Source: Azolla caroliniana (taxonomy: Eukaryota; Plantae; Polypodiophyta). Taken from it: DNA of 64,000 nt. A program made the translations under genes and the position numbers. Positions 12,496 through 25,458 of the stretch are shown in pieces; position 1 is the first letter of the stretch, and each line of letters starts with the position of its first letter. The stretch spans positions 7,936,001-8,000,000 of the forward strand of contig JBHGNT010000009.1 in NCBI GenBank assembly GCA_043228905.1, written 5' to 3'. Under the pieces are notes generated by a model. It did no database searches, was not told the origin of the DNA, and saw nothing but the letters and a program-made list of their open reading frames with translations.

Positions 12496-15400
12496 TTACA
12501 TCCTGAAGTCAAGAACACACACAGTGTTGTTTGAGAAACAGGCAGCTACTTTATCACCTTCCTTGTTCCAACACACCTCAAATATTCCTCCACCACCCCT
12601 GAATGTCCTAACTAAGCTTCCATCTCGGACTGACCAAATATGCAAGCATTTATCAAATGAACCGCTAGCTAGAAATTCTCCATTTGGACTAAATGCCACA
12701 GAATACACAGGTTCACTGCAAAAAAAAAACAGTTTCAGCATAAATCAGACTTCAAGCAAAATCTGTAAATGGTCAACTTCATCAAAAATCAAACTTGAGT
12801 AATGTGCATTAGGAACCATGAATTATGCACACTGAAAATTTATATATAATAAAACTAGAAAAATCACTTAATAAAAGTACCTGTGCTCAGTAAGGCTGAA
12901 GAGCTGCAGGCCCTTTTCAACATCCCACAATTTAATTGTAGCATCAAATGATGCACTGCAACAAAATTTGAGAGCCAATTTAGAATACTCGAATGTAAAT
13001 ACCATATTGGCCAACATCAATAAGAAAAACATCCTCGATACCTTGCAAGCACTAAAGGCAAATTTGGGTTATTGGTGTTTGGCCCTGTTGGACTCCATTT
13101 GATTGTGTAAATTTCCTGCAAATCAAACCATCATAGTTAGATTCTTATGTACCAGTAAAATGTAAATATAGACACCTCCAATCCCCTTACCTTTGTGTGA
13201 TCTCGCAAATCATGTAAACATTTGTCTTGTTTCATACTCCAAATCTGCCAAAACATATCCCATTTATATAATGTGTATAAAATCACAATGAAAAATCTGT
13301 GCCAGGATTAATACATCACAAATAGAAGATGGCTCGCATCAAGATTAAAAATGTGTATAAATGAACAGGATTAATAAGTGAACAATAGTCCAGGAGTAGG
13401 AGATGATCTCAGGATCCCCGTATAGCATGTTGATATAATGCAGCACTTCGATTAGGTGGAGCAAATAAACTCCAGGACATCAATTTTTTGATGAGTATAC
13501 TTCATAGCTTTTAACATTAGAGTTTGGTGCAATGCAAAGAATTCTTGCAATGATGAAAGAAAATAACTGCGAACAGACTAACCTTTGCAGTATAATCATC
13601 TGAGCAAGATGCAAGTAGTGTTCCCGTGGGATCCCACTTGATCGCATTAACTTCGTCCTGTAGAGTTAAAGAATCTTTAGAGCTTTATGCTATTTATTGA
13701 CTTTATGCAAGTGCATACAGTATTTACACTCTCTGAACGCACACATAGAAGACTTCCAAATCCACATGTATACATACAAGACTTGCAAATTCATACCTGA
13801 TGTCCTGCAAATGATTTTATAGGTCGACCTTCTCCAAGTTTACACACATAGATCATTTTATCTGTTGAACAAGTTGCAAAGGAAACATTGTTCCGCCAAT
13901 CCACATCCAGTGTTGGAGCTGCCAAAAATATAAACAGGCTCAAAAATAATACCAAGGACCTTGTACGCTAGTACAAATATGACACTAACATTTAATGGCC
14001 GTGAAGCATCAAAGAGCAGATAAATTCTACGGTGTGCTGCAGTGAAATAGTCCTATCCTTGAGACAAAGCCCCTGCCTGGATTTAATGTTCTCTACTACA
14101 CCTTTTCACATAAACATCTGTCTCCATGTCTTAGAATCATTTAGGAATAGTTAATAGCTATGAGCTGAAAGAATCCACAAAATCGTGGCTTAACTGGTTC
14201 ACTTCAGTTTGGTCCAAGTATAAACATTTGTAAACAGTTCTATTTGTCTTAGGGGTTCAACAAGAATGTGGTTTTGGGCCTTTATCAGCTCAATGATTTT
14301 GTGATTTACTCCGTTTTAAACCACAGCTTGGGCAAATTAATGGTCTGGGGGGATATTTTTAAATTTTTTATTAAATGTATAAATTGACTTTATAAATGAT
14401 ATAATATGTGACATAAAGTTTTAAATTTGATCCCTTACAATTCTTTTAAGTTTAAGTTCCTTCTGCATTTATGAAAAACATAACCCTTTCATATACACAC
14501 CCAAGTGATATCAACTCCCAAAGTTTCATCATCGCTAACATTCATCAAGATGGCATACATTGACCTATCCATAGATTGGTTGCCTTGTCTAATAGACACT
14601 ATCATGTATAATCAACTCCCAAAGTGATATCAACTCCCAAAGTTTCATCATCGCTAACATTCATCAAGATGGCATACATTGACCTATCCATAGATTGGTT
14701 GCCTTGTCTAATAGACACTATCATGTATAATCAACTCCCAAAGTTTCATCATCGCTAACATTCATCAAGATGGCACATTGACCTATCCATAGATTGGTTG
14801 CCTATACGACATAATAATTCCATTCATTTTATCAACTTGCTTATACGACATAATATGGACTGCTAGATTCAGGAAATGAAGTTAAAGATAGACAAGATAA
14901 TGACAACATGAACACTTGACTCCGACATGAGGACATCAAGTATCACAACATAAAAACAAAGGATGTGCCCGTTTTCTTACAGATTGAAAGGAGTCATCCA
15001 AAAAATAAATTTAAGAAAGATCTTCAGGAATCTAGTAAGTTACCTTCACAGTATCACAGTTCCAAGGTTGTTTGATATAGAACAAATTATGTGTTTACCT
15101 GAATGATATTCAAATTGCTGTTTACAATCGCCAGTTTTGGCATCCCAAATGATAGCTGTTTTGTCAACACTTCCACTCAGCAAGCAATCACCCTTTTTAT
15201 TCCATTTCAAAGAAAATATTGGTCCCTTATGTTTGTTCAATGTGCTCTTCAGTTCACCTGACAATTGTTATGACATGTTCATGTGTTAGGACAGCAGCGC
15301 ATGTGTAGCGTCTTACAGGTATAAGCATATTAGTGATTTTAAAAGTGCTTGGTTCAGTGCATTCATAAACTACTGATTGCTTTATTCTACTTGACATCAA

Positions 15401-18400
15401 CAGAAATGCAGAGAAATCTTTCTCTTTCTCATACATCATACAAGTCAATTTACACATGAAATCTTACCAACTAATCTAGGAAGTTAGACGACAGATTCCT
15501 CACTCTTGGGTCTGAACCTCAAGAGATTTTTATGACAAGCATCCCTACAAGGTAGCAACAGCACGTTCTGACAGATCCTTTGACATGAGCATAACTACCT
15601 AAGTATTCTGTACCATATTGTTCATATGATGGTCCTATATTTTCAGGTGAACCTTACCATCTTTGGTCCATATTCTGGCTTGACCATCATATGATCCTGT
15701 AGCAAGTAGGCTTCCTTCACCCTGTGCAAGGAAATAAGATTAGAATTCTCAATTTCTTGAAGGGAAGAAAAAGGAAGAATCACTATTCCTGCAAATATGA
15801 ATGCTCACATTCCAATCAAGTGTAGTCACATCTTTGCTTTTTTCATTTGTCTTGCCTTTAAAATGCTTTAAGACAAGAGACCTACAAGCTGCAGTTTGTG
15901 CAGTGACTCCTGATGGTCCATCTGGAATCATCCATATCCTTGCAGTTGAATCCCCTGAACTGTGTAGAAAACAGAAAACGCATTTTAAAACATAAAATAG
16001 TTGTCACCATGAAATACAACAAGTCTAAAACGCATGATCCTCACCCAGATGCCAATAGGGACCCAGTTGGACTCCAAGCACAAATGAATACCTACCAGAA
16101 TTATTAAGCCATCAACATGTTAGTCCCCTGCCAACCCATACATTATATCACGAGAAAACTATATGGCAGCAACAAACCTCCGATGTGTGACCTTCAAGTA
16201 TTGTAACATCTGTATGTGGGATCTCAGCACACTGAAAAGATGTAGCTGTTTCGACATCCATTGCTTCTGGCCCTGAAACTTTCCATTAAGTACAGAAAAT
16301 ACATCAAAACATGTCAATTATCTATACCATACATTATTGGAACTCTAATCTAAAAGGTGCTTTTGAATTCACCAGCCAAAATATCTCTGATTTTGAGGTA
16401 GGTTTTAATATCTTGGCATATCTGACTGATGATAACTTGAGCCACATATTGAGGATCAAGAAAGAGGCAGTGTATGCATTAACTGAGCCTTCATTTTGGG
16501 ATACAAATAACACATCAGAATGTATGAGCTAAAATGCCCTTGTTATTGTTTGTGGATTCCATCTTCAAGAGAAGAGTATAGTGATGCACAGCAGCTCAAA
16601 ATATGAAATAGAGAAGCCATACTCTATGAAAATTCTTCTCAGTTCTTCAATGGATAAATTCACCATCTATGATTTATGTATATACTTTGGTTCAAACAGA
16701 ATTGCCAAAAGAAACAGAAACTGGAAAGCAGCACAAACGAAGTTGCAGCTCCCCTAATTACAGCACCAAAGGTATAGATATTGGTATTAATATCTATAGA
16801 AATAAAATTTCCGTACATATATGCTCACAACATTAAAACCCTAACATAAAAGGATATTATTATCTACTGTCTACAATGATATGATAATATTAAACATCCA
16901 AATCAACAAAGGTTGACAAAGAGACTGATTCACTGCATAATGTATGATCAAATGAGAGTTCAGATGTATAAAACGTTTTTTTGTCTAAGCCACAACCTCT
17001 ACAAGAAACTAAAGTATGTCCTGCTGACCATGTTGAGAAAGAAAGTAAGAGGCCTTAAATTCACCATTTCCCATTTCAAGAAAACTATTCTAGGTCTGAT
17101 GTTTGATGTTGATAAGTCAACCACATGCTGCAGCATGAAACCTTAAGATATTACTATTAGCAAAATGGAATTGGTATTTTATAAGGTCTAAATGTGATCT
17201 TTTATGCATACAGATTATGACTTCAAAAACAAAAACAAGAAAAATTCACAATCAAGCTGCAGAAGGAAGTTGGCATTTTACCAGCAATAGATGATCGCGA
17301 ATCCTTTTCCTCAACTTTGACTTTGGCTTTTTCTTCACGCTCACGATCTTTTTCTTTCTCCAAGCGCTCCCGCTCTCTTTCTTTTTCCCTCTCTCTCTCC
17401 TTCTCTTTCTCTCTTTCCTTCTCTCGTTCACGCTCTCTCTCCCTTTCAAACCTTTCCCTCTCCCGTTCTCTTTCTCTTTCTCTCTCTTGCCGCTCCCTCT
17501 CTTGCCGTTCTCTCTCTTGTTTCTCCCTCTCTTTTTGCTCTTTTTCTACGCGCTCCCTCTCTAACCTTTCCTTCTCTTGACGCTCCCTTTCCAAACGTTC
17601 TTTCTCTTGCCTCTCTCTCTCTTTCTCCCTTTCCCTCTCCCTCTCCCTCTCTTTTTCCTTCTCCCTCTCTTTTTCTTTTTCCTTCTCTTTCTCTCTTTCT
17701 TTCTCTCTTTCCTTCTCCTTTTCAGCTTCTCTTTCCCTCTCTCTTTCCTTTTCTTTCTTGTCCTTTAGAATTTGACGTAGTTCACTGACATCCTTAGTGA
17801 TCAGATCCACAGGTTGAAGGAGAGAAAAATCTCCATCTACATCCATCCCATCCTGCTTTAGAGTGACATGCCGATGTTTAAGCATACTCGTTTACAAAGA
17901 ACACTTAAAACGTACTCATTATGAAGAATGTAAGCTTCTCACATCTGTTAAATTTGCTTCTAGTTCAAGGTACTGGAGACCTTTCTGAACAAAAGACACA
18001 AGTGCACCAGGTGGAACTTGATTGCCATCAATCGGAACTTTGTTGAGACCAGATTCAAAACCAAATGTGAAAGCTGAATGAAGAAACCCTGCAATCACCA
18101 CCAATTAAATGTTTAAATTGATATTTAGCAGCTAATTATAATCTAATAAAACAAAGAAATACCAAACCAATAAACAAATAGAAAATTAATCTTTTAATTA
18201 CTCCAATATGCATAGAGCACATGCATGCACATAGAAAATAGATCACTATTATCACAATGAGCGATTATCAAGGGAATGGAAATTTAAAGACGATAATCAT
18301 ATTGAAAACTAAGAATAATTACTTATCATTTTTCACCAGAACAAAAATAACAGCGCTTAAGATGATATGTGTGTAGGCACTTAAAAATATGGAAAGGTTA

Positions 18401-20926
18401 TTACTTATTCTATCATACATGAAGGGGAATGGTATGTTTCAAAGAGGACTATACCAAAATCCTCTCTTCCATCAAACACACATATTTTTCACATGCAAAG
18501 TTTATTTCTATTAGCTTATAAAAACTTCCTTGCAGGCTGACCTTTGATATTTCTCTGTTATACTGTAATTGATACTAACATTGTCTATCTAGTGTTTCAG
18601 TTGACTGCAGAATATGAAGCATATAAATTTCTATTCCAAGACACCCGTGTTGCACTTCAAGATCTCAAAACACGCTTCAATTAACACTGCAAAGCCTTCT
18701 TCTTAGAATACACCTTGTATTTTGTTACCATCCACAAAATGTGTTTGCATCAAATCATGACTTTATCATGATACAAGGGTGGTTCTAGTCCAAAAATTTT
18801 AAGTGTCAGAACTGTTCTCCTTGATTAGAAAAATCAATTGATATTTATATCTTCACTTCAGAAAAGAGACTATCACAAAGATCACATGAATTTGGAGATA
18901 GGGTATACATGAAGGAACATATAATTGATTCTTGAGAAGTCAAATTTAACCTCAAGGCTTGGAGATAGGGTATACATGAAGGAACATATAATTGATTCTT
19001 GAGAAGTCAAATTTAACATCAAGGCTTGCCTTCCTGTCAGGGTGAATCTTTCAAACTTAAAATACACAATCTGTAGGTTCGGGCAACCTGCTAGCGCTAC
19101 AAAAAGTTCAAATCTGGAAAGATTTTGGTTTTTTCTTTGAACTCATCACTTCATCAAGATTACATTTTCTAACACCAAAATTGCAATCATATTAGCGTCT
19201 CCTTTACTGAAATCAGGCAAGAAGATAGAGGTGACAGAAATATGGCAAGCATTGTGATTTTTCAGATCTCAGAGAGCGAATTTCTCAATGGTTGTTAGCA
19301 CTAGAGAATAATTGGAATTTTAGTTAATTTTCTCTTTAAAGTAAGTTTCAGCTTTCACAAGCTTAGGTTCATAAAACCTGCAAATACCAATCATCTCCAG
19401 CTAGAGCCAGGCAAGGACGAAACAGTAATAGCTCTATGGCACCTATGTTTGTGTCAAGGTGAGCAAAGTATTCATCTACGAGCTTCACTTCATCAAACTT
19501 GCCTCTGTTATCTCTACAGAAGTGGATCTGTGTAAGAAATACGAGAGAAGTACATACTCACAGCTCACTAACATTACAAATGTTTGAGAATAATGTTTCC
19601 CTTAAAAAATTTCCTTTATAGATATTATCCATCCTGACAAAAAAAGTTATCTTCAACTAAACCAGCAAGGGAGATAGCAATAAAGGAGAGGAGATTCTGA
19701 AAACTTGCTAATTCTAGAGGAGAACTAAAATTGGGGATGAGTTTGTAACTTCAAGTTCTTTCATCAAGCTTGCTACTTTTAATTGCCATCTTGGACAAGA
19801 ATCAGGCAAGGAGACAGGAGTGACAAGGAAAAGAAAAGAAAAGAAGGTCATGAAGTATTCATAACAGTACAGAAAAGATGAAAATTTCCGATGAGCTTTT
19901 GCTTTGAAACTAACCATAGGTGAGAAATAAGACAAAAGATGCTGAAATCTTGATAACACTACAAAAAAATCCAAATTTGCGATGTACGGCTAAACTTTGG
20001 CAGAAAAAGAAAGACTAGACATTAGACCTCTGTATTTCTAAGCATCATCATCTTGATGGAAATTTCCTCCTTGAAAGAAAAAGAAAAGTTTGTTCATACG
20101 ATAGAAATTTTGAGAATTGAGATGAAACTATACTCTTTAGGACAAAAAGAGCTTCCATCACCCAGAAAGAAGAAATATCTTTCGAACTAAAGTTACAAAT
20201 TCTCTTAGAAATTCTCTCACAAGAAACAAGAGAGAAGAAAGAAGCTTGGAGGTATTGTTACTGTTAAGACTACAGAACATCAAGCTTCAGGATGAGAATA
20301 TGCCTGCTTGAAGCTATAAAAGGCCTACTTCACTCTTAGAGAGAGAGAGAGAGATAGGGAGATACAAGAAAAAGTCCATCTACTTAGAAGACAAGTTAAG
20401 ACTTCAAGATGGAAAATTTCTCTTCAATAAAACTTCCTTACACAGAAACAAGAGAGTAGAAAAAAGCCCTGAAATCTTATTACTTTTAAGACTACACAAA
20501 CTTGAGTTTTGGGATGAAAATCTATGTTTCAAACTGAAAAAGGTCTGCCTTCCTCTCAGATAGAGACAATAAATTGATCTATTTTGATGTCAAGTTAAAT
20601 ATTCAACTATGAATTTTTTCTGGATCAATAAGACTTCCTTGTACAGAAACCTAAGAGAAGAAAGAAGCCCTAAAGTCTTGTTACTGTTAAGACCACAGAA
20701 ACTTGAGCTTTCAGATGAAATTGTGTCTTTAAATACAGTCCTCTTCAAGTGAGAAAAATGGATAAAAGACCAGAAAAATAATATTTTCAGAGGAAATCAA
20801 ACTATTCTTATACAAATGAAATTTCTTTCTTACAATTAGAGGAAAAACAACAGAAAAGCGCGTACCTGACTCTTGCAAGTAACGGAAGACCAGAAAATTG
20901 AGCTCTGTGGAAGTCAAGTTAGCCAT
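12496..20926 (-). CDS. HOS15: LisH + WD40 repeat co-repressor (HOS15/TBL1 homolog), multi-exon
   Basis: Exon 1 20926-20866 [20 protein letters not shown]; exon 2 18088-17943 GFLHSAFTF...[10 protein letters not shown]; exon 3 17852-17282 E/R/K-rich; then WD40 exons with GT-AG borders ([19 protein letters not shown]) ending [11 protein letters not shown] at 12496. Confidence 0.93.
14505..14803. repeat. Three near-identical ~100-115-bp tandem copies in a HOS15 intron
   Basis: tcaactcccaaagtttcatcatcgctaacattcatcaagatggca...catagattggttgcct occurs three times. Confidence 0.9.
18891..19028. repeat. ~68-bp tandem duplication in HOS15 intron 1
   Basis: ggagataggggtatacatgaaggaacatataattgattcttgagaagtcaaatttaac occurs twice. 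Confidence 0.85.
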
Positions 20927-21289
20927 ACGCGATGATGCTAACAGAAGCTTATCTTCTTCCTTCAGATATTCACAAGATACTGGATACATTACAAAGAAAA
21001 AAAAAATGAAGATGCAAACCATAAAAAAAAGGAGAAAACTGGGCAGAAGTTCAGTAAAAGCTTCAACAAAGAAGAGAGCTTAGGATGAAGTTACCATCGA
21101 TAAAAGGGGCACTCCCAGGTTGCTGGCAGATTTCCAGAAACCTAGCAGGAAGAAAAATACGGGAGAAGAAAGAAGAGGTTATCAAGCAGGAGCTCCGGTA
21201 CAAAATAAAGAATTGGAAAGAGCAGGAACAGTAGAATGAACTTACCATCGATGAAACGGAATTTACCACCACATTATCGCATGATTCTG

Positions 21290-21322
<33 letters not shown>

Positions 21323-22145
21323 ACATGAAAAACCAGAGCAGAAACCAAAAAGAAAAAGATTAGAGCAGAGATTAGAGCGCAAAACGAGCTCACCATAAAT
21401 GAAAGAATGATCGAGGAGAGGAAGGCGGAGGAGGCGCAGGAGGAGGAAGAAGAAGATCTAGGGTTTCCTTTTTTTGGGCTCCTGGTCTGCTTTCGCTCAG
21501 TTTTCTTTCACAGTTCTCATTGAAGGAAGAAAAAAGCCCCAAAAAAGCAAATTTTTAAAAATAAAATCAATTAATTAAATAAATATGAAACTAGAAAAAG
21601 CAAAAGTGGGAAAGAAAAAAAAAAAAAAAAACATACATATGTATGTACAAAAAATATAAATAAAAATTCAGATGTGATTTTATTGTTAATGTACATATCA
21701 TGTATGTATGTACATATGTATACATATTTATTTATTTATTTATTTTCCAAATAAAAATATGTATACATAATACATACATGATAAAAGTCTAGTATGTAAT
21801 AATGTATCATAGAATGAACCATACGTATCATACGCGCATTCGCATTCGCGTTTGATTCAATAAAACGTGAATGGTAAATCAACTAAAAGTTGGATTGGTT
21901 TGACACGTTTGATTGGATTAACTATGGTCTATATTATGGGCTAAATTTGCAATGAAAACAAATGAAAAAAAGAAAAAAAAAAAAAGGAGCACATATTTTT
22001 CCCCTTTCAAACGTGTACGTTTTCAAACGTTTGAATGCCTCCACGAACACAAATATTACGTTCTATGAATGTATGTATGTAAATAATATTTATGTTGTAT
22101 TTATTCACCCCAAAAAACCCACACAAATAACATGGTGTAGCAGAG

Positions 22146-22189
<44 letters not shown>

Positions 22190-22277
22190 TTTTTGCTTGA
22201 TGAGGCCCTCGACTCATCATGCATGCATGCATGCAATTTGCAAGCAAGTACATATGCGGATGTGCTAAGGACCCAAT

Positions 22278-24147
22278 TAGGAATCGGCAACGGGCTCAGC
22301 TCAAGCCGAAACCTTTTAGCTCAACCGGTTTTTAACGGTTTAACGGCTCAGCTCTTGGCTTGAGCATGCTTAAATGGTTTGAGCTCGATTCAACTCGGCT
22401 TGAACCCTGCCAAACCGGCTCAAACACCGGTTATGCTATTTAATAATTAGGTTAGATTCTTAAGCATAAAAATATAGAACTTCTAAGTTCATGGAGGGAC
22501 TGAGAGTCGAGTTGTCGACTCTTGAGAGAGAAAGAAAGATATATTAATGCCTTCTAAGACCAAAATTGGCCCATGAAGATGAGTGTGGAGAAAAAGGTTC
22601 TGATGCCTTGACTTCTTCCTCCATACCTATGTTTGTGGAACGATTTCATCTTTTTTTATATTCATTACCTCTGCATTAATGGTTTCTTCTTCCCCCTTCA
22701 CTTATAGTGCATCAACTGCGACCAATCTAGCTAAGGATGGCAAGTGTTCAAAAGACAATATCTTATTATGTATGTGATTAATGAATGTCTTACAATGGAT
22801 GTCCTTATAAACCCAATTGTGGAGAGCCCATCAACGAATGTGTTATGACACACAACTCATTTTATCACATGGATGACTTCTAAAGTTTGTTTGTCCTTTC
22901 AAGTATCACATTCCACGAGATTGGTTACACCCAACTAGAAATCTCTTAGTTCTATTTTGAGGATATTGTTGGCAACCCAACATAAGGTTATTAAAAACCT
23001 TACCAATTGTGTAAATGGTTCATCGAAAAGATTGTCTAAACATGATGCTAAAATATCCAAGGCCAAGAATACTAAAAACCTTCCAAGTTGGAGTAGAATA
23101 CTTAAATGTCTTACTCTCAAAACATTTTTGTAAAAACAATGGATATTATAAATGGTTTGCCATGAATAGGGTTGATACCACCAAGTTGATAACTTATCAA
23201 CGAGGAATGATGGCTTTGCAAAAGATACATGAACCACGGGTATAAAAGTTCAATATCCCTTGATGTGATGAGATGAGGATTATACAATCTCTTGATGGTA
23301 TGAAGGGGTGAGAGAGGTACCAAGGACAAGACGCGAATTATTACGTTGAATGTAAGATAAGCAATGAAGACAATGGGTTAAATTATTCACCGTCCTTGAA
23401 CAAGAAATTTTAATTTTAATCATACTATTTGATGACATTTGGATAATTTGTTTAACGTGGATGCCATTTCCATTGTAAAAAGGCCTATTGACAATAAGGT
23501 GATCTCTTTTAATCATTTGAATACCTCGGTTTTTAGAAACACAAGCATTGCATGGATTATGATCAAAATCACCACTCTGCAATTAGATTAATATAATGGG
23601 ATGCAAGGTGGAACAATTTGAATGCCCTTGAGTAATGATTAAGTGACTAATGTGAGGAAAACATTGCCTTGATGCCATGATTTAAAGTTGAATGTATGCA
23701 TACAATCCCAAAGGCCATAAAGTAAAATATAGTTTTTTTGCTTTCTACACATCAAGATCCTAATATCAATAAAAAATGGTTTGGTTTGGTTTTAAATTTT
23801 TCGTAAACAATTTGGTTTCTCCTATTCTTTAAATGGTTTGGTTTAACTGTTCGGTTTAAATGGCTTCATAAATTTTAAACAGCTTGGTTCGGTTTTTATT
23901 ATTAATAAATGGTGTGGTTTGGTTTGGTTTCAAGGCCAAGAAACTAAGGATGAAAAAAAATTCACAAAACACACTTAGTAGCCTAGGTTCTCAATTGTCA
24001 AACTAGTTTGGAACTGGTTTAGGCCAAAGCGGTTTAGGGATCGGTTTGGTTCAGGTTTGAGAACCCCCAAACTGGTTTAGGCTTAATCGGTTTGGCTTGG
24101 ATAAGGCCAAACCAATTAAGCCTAAATCAAATCGTTGCCGATTCCTA
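22278..24147. mobile_element. Non-autonomous hAT DNA transposon (1.87 kb) with perfect 8-bp TSD
   Basis: TIRs TAGGAATCGGCAACG...CGTTGCCGATTCCTA; TSD GACCCAAT at 22270-22277 and 24148-24155; subterminal AACCG/GGTTT arrays; no intact ORF. Confidence 0.88.
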
Positions 24148-24216
24148 GACCCAATGATAGCCTTGAGTCGACAATGCTCTTGGATGAGACATGTTTTGTA
24201 ATAACACGCTCACAAC

Positions 24217-24538
24217 TAGGAGTCAGCAATGGCTCCACTCAAGCTTGAACCGAGCCATTACACTATTTTCAAACAATTTAGCAGATTAGTGGTTCAGTTT
24301 GGTTCATGCTTGAGCTTCCTTACCCGCTTTGAGTTCAGTTTGGGAGCGCTCAAGCCGAACCATACCGTTTTGGGCTAAATAGGTTACGGTGAATTAGTTT
24401 GGCTAAATAAGCTCCTAAATCGGTTTAGGACCCAGTTTAGTTCAAGTTTGAAAACTCCCAAATTGGTTGAGGCTTAACTGGTTTGGTTTGGACAATGCCA
24501 AACCTTTAAAGCCAAAACCAAAGCATTGCCGATTCCTA
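24217..24538. mobile_element. hAT MITE (322 bp), same family
   Basis: TIRs TAGGAGTCAGCAATG...CATTGCCGATTCCTA; TSD CTCACAAC/TTCACAAC (7/8 match). Confidence 0.82.
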
Positions 24539-25458
24539 TTCACAACGAAACAGAAGTTATCATTCCTCCCAAATTGACATGAAGCCCACACTCCATTGCA
24601 CATCTTGATTGTGTCCGTATCAATTGTGGCTTTAATATGCTTGACTGATCATTGTGTTATCATTGTTTAGTGTACCTGAACTAAGTCTGCTCGCCTTCCC
24701 AATCTCGATCAAAATCTTTGTTACATCATGAGCTCATATCACAAAAACTTGCATGCAAAAGAACCACTTCCAACGGAAATCATGTGGAATGAAAAATTTC
24801 CCCTAAACTTTTTGTTCTATTAACTTAGAATTTGGAGTTTTATTGTGGTAGCACTGTGCACAAGCCGATTATGATCCGCATCTAAGAACTATAATCCATT
24901 GTCTTTGTTTGTGTTGCTTGGCCTCAAAATAATAAATTCATCTTATGTCTATATTAAAATGCTTAAGTTTCTTCCGAAATATAATGTTGAAAGAGAACCT
25001 AAAAAAGGATGTGTTGGCACATCCATATTCAATAGTAGCCCAAAGACACCAAGGATCATAACTAAAAATTGATGCATAGCCAACAATATAGTGATACCTT
25101 TCACATTTAATTCAAGAACCTCATTAGATCGGTATGACTCAAGAACTTTTCCACAAAATAGAACGCACCAATTCAATGTAAAAGATTGAAGCGCTTAAAA
25201 ACTCACCAGGTTTAAAGAATAAAATTGCTAAAAAGGGCGAGAAACATGTGTGAGAATGTGTTCTTGGTCGATTTTAAAGTCTTTTTAGAATAGAAATAAA
25301 TAAATTAAATAATAGAGAGGGGTATGGCTCCTAGTTATCTATCCCTCACATTCAAAGTCATTGGTATGGGTGCAAAGGCTAATATAGCCCAATGAATGGA
25401 ACACCACCATAATGTTGGTGCCTTTTAAGTCTTTATTTATTAGTGAAATTTTCTGTTA

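Noticed and set aside
22900-23600. hAT transposase coding remnant inside the 1.87-kb element
   Set aside because: No clear hAT motifs could be read in any frame; the call rests on TIR and TSD only.
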